From: Eledone cirrhosa
Lineage: Eukaryota
NCBI GenBank assembly: GCA_964016885.1
Contig: OZ024741.1
Coordinates: 404,178,001-404,242,000, forward strand
Direction: 5' to 3'
Length of the DNA: 64,000 nucleotides
Made by a program: the position numbers and the translations under genes. The notes under the pieces are model-generated. The model was not told the DNA's origin, made no database searches, and saw only the letters and a program-made list of their open reading frames with translations. Position 1 is the stretch's first letter. The number at the start of each line of letters is the position of its first letter. This document shows positions 44,291 through 58,180 of this stretch, piece by piece.

Positions 44291-47200
44291 GTCCCCTACC
44301 ATATATCTTATATGCAACAGTATGTCCCCTACCATATATCTTATATGTAACAGTATGTCTCCTACCATGATCTTATATGTAACAGTATGTCCCCTACCAT
44401 GTTCTTACCTGTAACAGTATGTCCCCTACCATATATCTTATATGTAACAGTATGTTCCCTAACATGAATTTACCTGTAACAGTATGTCCCCTACCATATA
44501 TCTTATATGTAACAGTATGTCCCCTACCATGATTTTATATGTAACAGTATGTTCCCTACCATGATCTTATCTGTAACAGTATGTCCCCTACCATGATCTT
44601 ATATGTAACAGTATGTCACCTACCATGATCTTATATGTATCAGTATGTCCCCTACCATGATCTTATCTGTAACAGTATGTCCCCTACCATGATCTTATAT
44701 GTAACAGTATGTCCCCTACCATATATCTTCTATGTAACAGTATGTCTCCTACCATGATCTTATATGTAACAGTATGTCCCCTACCATGTTCTTACCTGTA
44801 ACAGTATGTCCCCTACCATATATCTTATATGTAACAGTATGTTCCCTACCATGAATTTACCTGTAACAGTATGTCCCCTACCATATATCTTATATGTAAC
44901 AGTATGTTCCCTACCATGATTTTATATGTAACAGTCTGTTCCCTACCATGATCTTATCTGTAACAGTATGTCCCCTACCATGATCTTATATGTAACAGTA
45001 TGTCCACTACCATGATCTTATATGTATCAGTATGTCCCCTACCATGATCTTATATGTAACAGTATGTCCCCTACCATGATCTTATATGTAACAGTATGTC
45101 CCCTACCATGATCTTATATGTAACAGTATGTCCCCTACCATGATCTCATATGTAACAGTATGTCCCCTACCATATATCTTACATGTAACAGTATGTCCCC
45201 TACCATGATCTTATCTGTAACAGTATGTCACCTACCATGATCTTATATGTAACAGTATGTCCCCTACCATGATCTTATATGTAACAGTATGTCCCCTACC
45301 ATGATCTTATATGTAACAGTATGTCCCCTACCATATATCTTATATGTAACAGTATGTCCGCTACCATGATCTTATATGTAACAGTATGTGCCCTACCATG
45401 ATCTTATATGTAACAGTATGTCCCCTACCATATATCTTATCTGTAACAGTATGTACCCTACCATGATCTTATATGTAACAGTATGTCCCCTACCATGATC
45501 TTATATGTAACAGTATGTCTCCTACCATATATCTTACATGTAACAGTATGTCCCCTACCATGATCTTATCTTTAACAGTATGTCCCCTACCATATATCTT
45601 ATATGTAACAGTATGTCCCTTACCAAGACCTTAACTGTAACAGTATGTCCCCTACGATGATCTCATATGTAACTGTTTGTCCCCTACCATGATCTTATAT
45701 GTAACAGTATGTCCCCTACCATGATCTTATATGTAACAGTATGTCCCCTACTATGATCTTATCTGTAACAGTATGTCCCCTACCATATATCTTATATGTA
45801 ACAGTATGTCCCCTACCATGATCTTATATGTAACAGTATGTCCCCTACCATGATCTTATATGTAACAGTATGTCCCCTACCATATATCTTATATGTAACA
45901 GTATGTCTCCTACCATGATCTTATATGTAACAGTATGTCCCCTACCATGATCTTATATGTAACAGTATGTCCCCTACCATATATCTTATATGTAACAGTA
46001 TGTCCCCTACCATATATCTTATATGTAACGGTATGTCCCCTTACATGATCTTATATGTAACAGTATGTCCCCTACCATGATCTTATATGTAACAGTATGT
46101 CCCATACCATGATCTTATCTGTAACAATATGTCCCCTACCATGATCGTATATGTAACAGTATGTCCCCTACCATGATCTTATATGTAACAGTATGACCCC
46201 TACCATGATCTTATATGTAACAGTATGTCCCCTACCATATATCTTATATGTAACAGTATGTCCCCTACCATGATCTTATCTGTAACAGTATGTCCCCTAC
46301 CATGATCTTATATGTAACAGTATGTCCCCTACCATATATCTTATATGTAACAGTATGTCCCCTACCATGATATTACCTGTAACAGTATGTTCCCTACCAT
46401 GATATTATATGTAACAGTATGTCCCTACCATGATCTTATATGTAACAGTATGTCCCCTACCATATATCTTATATGTAACAGTATGTCCCCTACCATGATC
46501 TTACCTGTAACAGTATGTCCCCTACCATGATCTTATATGTAACAGTATGTCTCCTACCATGATCTTATATGTAACAGTATGTCCCCTACCATGATCTTAT
46601 ATGTAACAGTATGTCCCCTACCATATATCTTATATGTAACAGTATGTCCCCTACCATGATCTTATATGTAACAGTATGTCCCCTACCATATATCTTATAT
46701 GTAACAGTATGTCCCCTACCATGATCTTATCTGTAACAGTATGTCCCCTGCCATGATCTTATATGTAACAGTATGTCCCATACAATGATCTAATATGTAA
46801 CAGTATGTCCTCTACCATGATCTTATATGTAACAGTATGTCCCCTACCATATATCTTATATGTAACAGTATGTCACCTACCATATATCTTATATGTAACA
46901 GTACGTCCCCTACCATGATCTTATCTGTAACAGTATGTCCCCTACCATGATCTTATCTGTAACAGTATGTCCCCTACCATGATCTTATATGTAACAGTAT
47001 GTCCCCTACCATATATCTTACCTGTAACAGTATGTCCCCTACCATATATCTTATATGTAACAGTATATCCCCTACCATATATCTTATCTATAACAGTATG
47101 TCCCCTACCATATATCTTATCTATAACAGTATGTCCCCTACCATATATCTTATATGTAACAGTATATCCCCTACCATATATCTTGTCTATAACAGTATGT

Positions 47201-49929
47201 CGCCTACCATATATCTTATCTGTAACAGTATGTCCCCTACCATATATCTTATCTATAACAGTATGTCCCCTACCATATATCTTATATGTAACAGTATGAC
47301 CCCTACCATAATCTTATATGTAACAGTATGTACCCTACCATATATCTTACCTGTAACAGTATGTCCCCTGCCATATATCTTATATGTAACATTATGTCCC
47401 CTACCATATATCTTATATGTAACAGTATGTCCCCTACCATATATCTTATATGTAATAGTATGTCCCCTAACATGATCTTACCTGTAACAGTATGTCCCCT
47501 ACCATGATCTTATATGTAACAGTATGTCCCCTACCATATATCTCATATGTAACAGTATGTCCCCTACCATGATCTTATATGTAACAGTATGTCCCCTACC
47601 ATATATCTTATCTGTAACAGTATGTGCCCTACCATGATCTTATATGTAACAGTATTTCCCCTGCCATATATTTTATATGTAACAGTATGTCCCCTACCAT
47701 ATATCTTATATGTAACAGTATGTCCCCTACCATATATCTTATATGTAACAGTATGTCCCCTAACATGATCTTACCTGTAACAGTATGTCCCCTAACATGT
47801 TCTTATCTGTAACAGTATGTCCACTACTTTGATCTTATATGTAACAGTATGTCCCCTACCATGAACTTATATGTAACAGTATGTCCCCTACCATATATCT
47901 TATCTGTAACAGTATGTGCCCTACCATGATCCTATATGTAACAGTATGTCCCCTGCCATATATTTTATATGTAACAGTATGTCCCCTACCATATATCTTA
48001 TATGTAACAGTATGTCCCCTACCATAATCTTATATGTAACAGTATGTACCCTACCATATATCTCACCTGTAACAGTATGTCCCCTACCATATATCTTATA
48101 TGTAACATTATGTCCCCTACCATCATCTTATATGTAACAGTATGTCCCCTACCATGATCTTATATGTAACAGTATGTCCCCTACCATATATCTTATATGT
48201 AACAGTATGTCTCCTACCATAATCTTATAAGTAACAGTATGTCCCCTACCATATATCTTATATGTAACATTATGCCCCCTACCATGATCTTATATGTAAC
48301 AGTATGTCTCCTACCATAATCTTATATGTAACAGTATGTCCCCTACCATGATCTTATATGTAACAGTTTGTCCCCTACCATAATCTTATATGTAACAGTA
48401 TGTACCCTACCATATATCTTACCTGTAACAGTATGTCCCCTACCATATATCTTATATGTAACATTATGTCCCCTACCATGATCTTATATGTAACAGTATG
48501 TCCCCTACCATGATCTTATATGTAACAGTATGTCCCCTACCATATATCTTATATGTAACAGTATGTCCCCTACCATATATCTTACCTGTAACAGTATGTC
48601 CCCTACCATATATCTTATATGTAACAGTATATCCCCTACCATATATCTTATCTATAACAGTATGTCCCCTACCATATATCTTATCTGTAACAGTATGTCC
48701 CCTACCATATATCTTATCTATAACAGTATGTCCCCTACCATATATCTTATAAGTAACAGTATATCCCCTACCATATATCTTATCTATAACAGTATGTCCC
48801 CTACCATATATCTTATCTGTAACAGTATGTCCCCTACCATATATCTTATCCATAACAGTATGTCCCCTACCATATATCTTATATGTAACAGTATGACCCC
48901 TACCATAATCTTATATGTAACAGTATGTACCCTACCATATATCTTATCTATAACAGTATGTCCCCTACCATATATCTTATCTGTAACAGTATGTCCCCTA
49001 CCATATATCTTATCTATAACAGTATGTCCCCTACCATATATCTTATCCATAACAGTATGTCCCCTACCATATATCTTATATGTAACAGTATGTCCCCTAC
49101 CATATATCTTATATGTAACAGTATGTCCCCTAACATGATCTTACCTGTAACAGTATGTCCCCTACCATGATCTTATATGTAACAGTATGTCCCCTACCAT
49201 ATATCTTATATGTAACAGTATGTCCCCTACCATGATCTTATATGTAACAGTATGTCCCCTACCATATATCTTATATGTAACAGTATGTCCCCTACCATGA
49301 TCTTATATGTAACAGTATGTCCCCTACCATGATCTTATCTGTAACAGTACGTCCCCTACCATGCTCTTATATGTAACAGTATGTCCCCTACCATGATCTT
49401 ATATGTATCAGTATGTCCCCTACCATGATCTTACCTGTAACAGTATGTTCCCTACCATGATCTTATCTGTAACAGTATGTCCCCTACCATGATCTTATAT
49501 GTAACAGTATGTCCCCTACCATGATCTTATATGTATCAGTATGTCCCCTACCATGATCTTATATGTAACAGTATGTCCCCTACCATGATCTTATATGTAA
49601 CAGTATGTCCCCTACCATGATCTTATATGTATCAGTATGTCCCCTACCATGATCTCATATGTAACAGTATGTCCCCTACCATGATCTTATCTGTAACAGT
49701 ATGTCCCCTACCATGATCTTATATGTAACAGTATGTCCCCTACCATATATCTTATATGTAACAGTATGTCTCCTACCATGATCTTATATGTAACAGTATG
49801 TCCCCTACCATGTTCTTACCTGTAACAGTATGTCCCCTACCATATATCTTATATGTAACAGTATGTTCCCTACCATGAATTTACCTGTAACAGTATGTCC
49901 CCTACCATGATCTTATCTGTAACAGTATG

Positions 49930-52750
49930 TCCCCTACCATGATCTTATATGTAACAGTATGTCCCCTACCATGATCTTATATGTAACGGTATGTTCCCTA
50001 CCATGATTTTATATGTAACAGTATGTTCCCTACCATGATCTTATCTGTAACAGTATGTCCCCTACCATGATCTTATATGTAACAGTATGTCCCCTACCAT
50101 GATCTTATCTGTAACAGTATGTCACCTACCATGATTTTATATGTAACAGTATGTCCCCTACCATGATCTTATATGTAACAGTATGTCCCCTACCATGATC
50201 TTATATGTAACGGTATGTCCCCTATCATATATCTTATATGTAACAGTATGTCCGCTACCATGATCTTATATGTAACAGTATGTCCCCTACCATGATCTTA
50301 TATGTAACAGTATGTCGCCTACCATATATCTTATCTGTAACAGTATGTACCCTACCATGATCTTATTTGTAACAGTATGTCCTCTACCATGATCTTATAT
50401 GTAACAGTATGTCTCCTACCATATATCTTACATGTAACAGTATGTCCCCTACCATGATCTTATCTTTAACAGTATGTCCCCTACCATATATCTTATATGT
50501 AACAGTTTGTCCCTTACCAAGATCTTGACTGTAACAGTATGTCCCCTACGATGATCTTATATGTAACAGTTTGTCCCCTACCATGATCTTATATGTACCA
50601 GTATGTCCCCTACCATGATCTTATATGTAACAGTATGTCCCCTACCATATATCTTACCTGTAACAGTATGTCCCCAACCATGATCTTATATGTAACAGTA
50701 TTTCCCCTACCATGATCTTATATGTAACAGTATGTCCCCTACTATGATCTTATCTGTAACAGTATGTCCCCTACCATATATCTTATATGTAACAGTATGT
50801 CCCCTACCATGATCTTATATGTAACAGTATGTCCCCTACCATGATCTTATATGTAACAGTATGTCCCCTACCATATATCTTATATGTAACAGTATGTCTC
50901 CTACCATGATCTTATATGTAACAGTGTGTCCCCTACCATGATCTTATATGTAACAGTATGTCCCCTACCATATATCTTATATGTAACAGTATGTCCCCTA
51001 CCATATATCTTATATGTAACAGTATGTCCCCTACCACGATCTTATATATAACAGTATGTCCCCTACCATGATCTTATATGTAACAGTATGTCCCCTACCA
51101 TGATCTTATCTGTAACAGTATGTCCCCTACCATGATCTTATATGTAACAGTATGACCCCTACCATGATATTACCTGTAACAGTATGTTCCCTACCATATA
51201 TCTTATATGTAACAGTATGTCCCCTACCATATATCCTATATGTAACAGTATATCCCCTACCATGATCTTACCTGTAACAGTATGTCCCCTACCATGATCT
51301 TATATGTAACAGTATGTCTCCAACCATGATCTTATATGTAACAGTATGTCCCCTACCATGATCTCATATGTAACAGTATGTCCCCTACCATATATCTTAT
51401 ATGTAACAGTATGTCCCCTACCATGATCTTATATGTAACAGTATGTCCCCTACCATGATCTTATATGTAACGGTATGTTCCCTATCATGATTTTATATGT
51501 AACAGTATGTTCCCTACCATGATCTTATCTGTAACAGTATGTCCCCTACCATGATCTTATATGTAACAGTATGTCCCCTACCATGATCTTATCTGTAACA
51601 GTATGTCACCTACCATGATCTTATATGTAACAGTATGTCCCCTACCATGATCTTATATGTAACAGTATGTCCCCTACCATGATCTTATATGTAACGGTTT
51701 GTCCCCTATCATATATCTTATATGTAACAGTATGTCCGCTACCATGATCTTATATGTAACAGTATGTCCCCTACCATGATCTTATATGTAACAGTATGTC
51801 CCCTACCATATATCTTATCTGTAACAGTATGTACCCTACCATGATCTTATATGTAACAGTATGTCCTCTACCATGATCTTATATCTAACAGTATGTCTCC
51901 TACCATATATCTTACATGTAACAGTATGTCCCCTACCATGATCTTATCTTTAACACTATGTCCCCTACCATATATCTTATATGTAACAGTTTGTCCCTTA
52001 CCAAGATCTTAACTGTAACAGTATGTCCCCTACGATGATCTTATATGTAACAGTTTGTCCCCTACCATGATCTTATATGTACCAGTATGTCCCCTACCAT
52101 GATCTTATATGTAACAGTATGTCCCCTACCATATATCTTACCTGTAACAGTATGTCCCCAACCATGATCTTATATGTAACAGTATTTCCCCTACCATGAT
52201 CTTATATGTAACAGTATGTCCCCTACTATGATCTTATCTGTAACAGTATGTCCCCTACCATATATCTTATATGTAACAGTATGTCCCCTACCATGATCTT
52301 ATATGTAACAGTATGTCCCCTACCATATATCTTATATGTAACAGTATGTCCCCTACCATGATCTTATATGTAACAGTATGTCCCCTACCATGATCTTATA
52401 TGTAACAGTATGTCCCCTACCATGATCTTATCTGTAACAGTATGTCCCCTACCATGATCTTATATGTAACAGTATGTCCCCTACCATGATATTACCTGTA
52501 ACAGTATGTTCCCTACCATATATCTTATATGTAACAGTATGTCCCCTACCATATATCTTATATGTAACAGTATGTCCCCTACCATGATCTTACCTGTAAC
52601 AGTATGTCCCCTACCATGATCTTATATGTAACAGTATGTCTCCTACCATGATCTTATATGTAACAGTATGTCACCTACCATGATCTCATATGTAACAGTA
52701 TGTCCCCTACCATATATCTTATATGTAACAGTATGTCCCCTACCATGATC
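49930..52750. repeat. Tandem duplication of about 1.48 kb
   Basis: Markers AACGGTATGTTCCC (~49985/~51469), CCTATCATAT (~50221/~51705) and TCCCCAACCA (50671/52155). Confidence 0.78.
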
Positions 52751-55700
52751 TTATATGTAACAGTATGTCCCCTACCATATATCTTATATGTAACAGTATG
52801 TCCCCTACCATGATCTTATCTGTAACAGTATGTCCCCTGCCATGATCTTATATGTAACAGTATGTCCCATACAATGATCTAATATGAAACAGTATGTCCC
52901 CTACCATGATCTTATATGTAACAGTATGTCCCCTACCATATATCTTATATGTAACAGTATGTCCCCTACCATATATCTTATATGTAACAGTATGTCCCCT
53001 ACCATATATCTTATATGTAACAGTATGTCTCCTACCATGATCTTATATGTAACAGTATGTCCCCTACCATATATCGTATATGTAACAGTATGTCCCCTAC
53101 CATGATCTTACCTGTAACAGTATGACCCCTACCATGATCTTATATGTAACAGTATGTCTCATACCATGATCTTATATGTAACAGTATGTCCCCTACCATG
53201 ATCTTATCTGTAACAGTATGTCCCCTACCATGATCTTATCTGTAACAGTATGTCCCCTACCATGATCTTATATGTAACAGTATGTTCCCTACCATGATCT
53301 TATCTGTAACAGTATGTCCCCTACCATGATTTATATGTAACAGTATGTCCCCTTCCATGATCTTATATGTAACAGTATGTCCCCTACCATGATCATATAT
53401 GTAACAGTATGTCCCCTACCATGATCTTATCTGTAACAGTATGTCCCCTACCATGATTATATGTAACAGTATGTTCCCTACCATGATCTTATATGTAACA
53501 GTATGTCCCTACCATGATATTATATGTAACAGTATGTCCCCTACCATATATCTTATATGTAACAGTATGTCCCCTACCATATATCTCATATGTAACAGTA
53601 TGTCCCCTACCATGATCTTATCTGTAACAGTATGTCCCCTACCATGATCTTATATATAACAGTATGTCCCCTACCATGATCTTAACTGTAACAGTATGTC
53701 CCCTACCATGATTTATATGTAACAGTATGTCCCCTTCCATGATCTTATATGTAACAGTATGTCCCCTACCATGATCATATATGTAACAGTATGTCCCTTA
53801 CCATGATCTTATCTGTAACAGTATGTCCCCTACCATGATTATATGTAACAGTATGTCCCCTACCATGATCTTATCTGTAACAGTATGTCCCGTACTATGA
53901 TCTTATCTGTAACAGTATGTCCCCAACCATGATTATATGTAACAGTATGACCCCTTCCATGATTTTATATGTAACAGTATGTCCCCTACCATATATCTTA
54001 TGTGTAACAGTATGTCCCCTACTATGATCTTATCTGTAACAGTATGTCCCCTACCATATATCTTATATGTAACAGTATGTCCCCTACCATGATCTTACCT
54101 GTAACAGTATGTCCCCTACCATGATCTTATATGTAACAGTATGTCTCCTACCATGATCTTATATGTAACAGTATGTCCCCTACCATGATCTCATATGTAT
54201 CAGTATGTCCCCAACCATATATCTTATATGTAACAGTATGTCCCCTACCATGATTTATATGTAACAGTATGTCCCCTACCATGATCTTATATGTAACAGT
54301 ATGTCTCCTACCATATATCTTATATGTAACAGTATGTCCCCTACCATGATCTTATATGTAACAGTATGTCCCCTACCATGATCTTATATGTAACAGTATG
54401 TCCCCTACCATGATCTTATACGTAACAGTATGTCCCCTACCATACATCTTATATGTAACAGTATGTCCCCTACCATGATCTTATATGTAACAGTATGTCC
54501 CCTACCATGATCTTATATGTAACAGTATGTCCCCTACCATGATCTTATATGTAACAGTATGTCCACTACCATATATCTTATATGTAACAGTATTTCCACT
54601 ACTTTGATCTTATATGTAACAGTATGTCCCCTACCATATATCATATCTATAACAGTATGTCCCCTACCATATATGTTATATGTAACATTATGTCCCCTAC
54701 CATGATCTTATATGTAACAGTATGTCCCCTACCATGATCATATATGTAACAGTATGTCCCCTACCATGATCTTATATGTAACAGTATGTCCCCTACCATG
54801 ATTTATATGTAACAGTATGTCCCCTACCATAATCTTATATGTAACAGTATGTACCCTACCATATATCTTACCTGTAACAGTATGTCCCCTACCATATATC
54901 TTATACGTAACAGTATGTCCCCTACCATGATCTTATATGTAACAGTATGTCCCCTACCATGATCTTATATGTAACAGTATGTCCCCTACCATATATCTTA
55001 TATGTAACAGTATGTCCCCTACCATAATCTTATATGTAACAGTATGTCCCCTACCATATATCTTATATGTAACAGTATGTTGCCTACCATATATCTTACC
55101 TGTAACAGTATGTCCCCTACCATATATCTTAACTGTAACAGTATGTCCCCTACGATGATCTTATATGTAACAGTTTGTCCCCTACCATGATCTTATATGT
55201 ACCAGTATGTCCCCTACCATGATCTTATATGTAACAGTATGTCCCCTACCATATATCTTACCTGTAACAGTATGTCCCCAACCATGATCTTATATGTAAC
55301 AGTATTTCCCCTACCATGATCTTATATGTAACAGTATGTCCCCTACTATGATCTTATCTGTAACAGTATGTCCCCTACCATATATCTTATATGTAACAGT
55401 ATGTCCCCTACCATGATCTTATATGTAACAGTATGTCCCCTACCATGATCTTATATGTAACAGTATGTCCCCTACCATATATCTTATATGTAACAGTATG
55501 TCTCCTACCATGATCTTATATGTAACAGTATGTCCCCTACCATGATCTTATATGTAACAGTATGTCCCCTACCATATATCTTATATGTAACAGTATGTCC
55601 CCTACCATATATCTCATATGTAACAGTATGTCCCCTACCATGATATTATATGTAACAGTATGTCCCCTACCATGATCTTATATGTAACAGTATGTCCCCT

Positions 55701-58180
55701 ACCATGATCTTATCTGTAACAGTATGTCCCCTACCATGATCTTATATGTAACAGTATGTCCCCTACCATGATATTACCTGTAACAGTATGTTCCCTACCA
55801 TATATCTTATATGTAACAGTATGTCCCCTACCATATATCTTATATGTATCAGTATGTCCCCTACCATGATCTTACCTGTAACAGTATGTCCCCTACCATG
55901 ATCTTATATGTAACAGTATGTCTCCTACCATGATCTTATATGTAACAGTATGTCCCCTACCATGATCTCATATGTAACAGTATGTCCCCTACCATATATC
56001 TTATATGTAACAGTATGTCCCCTACCATGATCTTATCTGTAACAGTATGTCCCCTGCCATGATCTTATATGTAACAGTATGTCCCATACAATGATCTAAT
56101 ATGAAACAGTATGTCCCCTACCATGATCTTATATGTAACAGTATGTCCCCTACCATATATCTTATATGTAACAGTATGTCCCCTACCATATATCTTATAT
56201 GTAACAGTATGTCTCCTACCATATATCTTATATGTAACAGTATGTCTCCTACCATGATCTTATATGTAACAGTATGTCCCCTACCATATATCTTATATGT
56301 AACAGTATGTCCCCTACCATGATCTTACCTGTAACAGTATGACCCCTACCATGATCTTATATGTAACAGTATGTCTCCTACCATGATCTTATATGTCACA
56401 GTATGTCCCCTACCATGATCTTATCTGTAACAGTATGTCCCCTACCATGATCTTATCTGTAACAGTATGTCCCCTACCATGATCTTATATGTAACAGTAT
56501 GTCCCCTACCATGATCTTATCTGTAACAGTATGTCCCCTACCATGATTTATATGTAACAGTATGTCCCCTTCCATGATCTTATATGTAACAGTATGTCCC
56601 CTACCATGATCATATATGTAACAGTATGTCCCCTACCATGATCTTATCTGTAACAGTATGTCCCCTACCATGATTATATGTAACAGTATGTTCCCTACCA
56701 TGATCTTATATGTAACAGTATGTCCCTACCATGATATTATATGTAACAGTATGTCCCCTACCATATATCTTATATGTAACAGTATGTCCCCTACCATATA
56801 TCTCATATGTAACAGTATGTCCCCTACCATGATCTTATCTGTAACAGTATGTCCCCTACCATGATCTTATATGTAACAGTATGTCCCCTACCATGATCTT
56901 AACTGTAACAGTATGTCCCCTACCATGATTTATATGTAACAGTATGTCCCCTTCCATGATCTTATATGTAACAGTATGTCCCCTACCATGATCATATATG
57001 TAACAGTATGTCCCTTACCATGATCTTATCTGTAACAGTATGTCCCCTACCATGATTATATGTAACAGTATGTCCCCTACCATGATCTTATCCGTAACAG
57101 TATGTCCCGTACTATGATCTTATCTGTAACAGTATGTCCCCAACCATGATTATATGTAACAGTATGACCCCTTCCATGATCTTATATGTAACAGTATGTC
57201 CCCTACCATATATCTTATGTGTAACAGTATGTCCCCTACTATGATCTTATCTGTAACAGTATGTCCCCTACCATATATCTTATATGTAACAGTATGTCCC
57301 CAACCATATATCTTATATGTAACAGTATGTCCCCTACCATGATTTATATGTAACAGTATGTCCCCTACCATGATCTTATATGTAACAGTATGTCTCCTAC
57401 CATATATCTTATATGTAACAGTATGTCCCCTACCATGATCTTATATGTAACAGTATGTCCCCTACCATGATCTTATATGTAACAGTATGTCCCCTACCAT
57501 GATCTTATACGTAACAGTATGTCCCCTACCATACATCTTATATGTAACAGTATGTCCCCTACCATGATCTTATATGTAACAGTATGTCCCCTACCATGAT
57601 CTTATATGTAACAGTATGTCCCCTACCATGATCTTATATGTAACAGTATGTCCACTACTTTGATCTTATATGTAACAGTATGTCCCCTACCATATATCAT
57701 ATCTATAACAGTATGTCCCCTACCATATATGTTATATGTAACATTATGTCCCCTACCATGATCTTATATGTAACAGTATGTCCCCTACCATGATCATATA
57801 TGTAACAGTATGTCCCCTACCATGATCTTATATGTAACAGTATGTCCCCTACCATGATTTATATGTAACAGTATGTCCCCTACCATAATCTTATATGTAA
57901 CAGTATGTACCCTACCATATATCTTACCTGTAACAGTATGTCCCCTACCATATATCTTATATGTAACAGTATGTCCCCTACCATGATCTTATATGTAACA
58001 GTATGTCCCCTACCATGATCTTATATGTAACAGTATGTCCCCTACCATATATCTCATATGTAACAGTATGTCCCCTACCATAATCTTATATGTAACAGTA
58101 TGTCCCCTACCATATATCTTATATGTAACAGTATGTTGCCTACCATATATCTTACCTGTAACAGTATGTCCCCTACCATA
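52010..58180. repeat. Tandem duplication of about 3.1-3.2 kb
   Basis: ORF pairs 52884/56101 and 53441/56658 (offset 3217). Markers AACTGTAACAGTATGTCCCCTACGATG (52011/55131) and GTTGCC (55079/58135). Confidence 0.85.
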
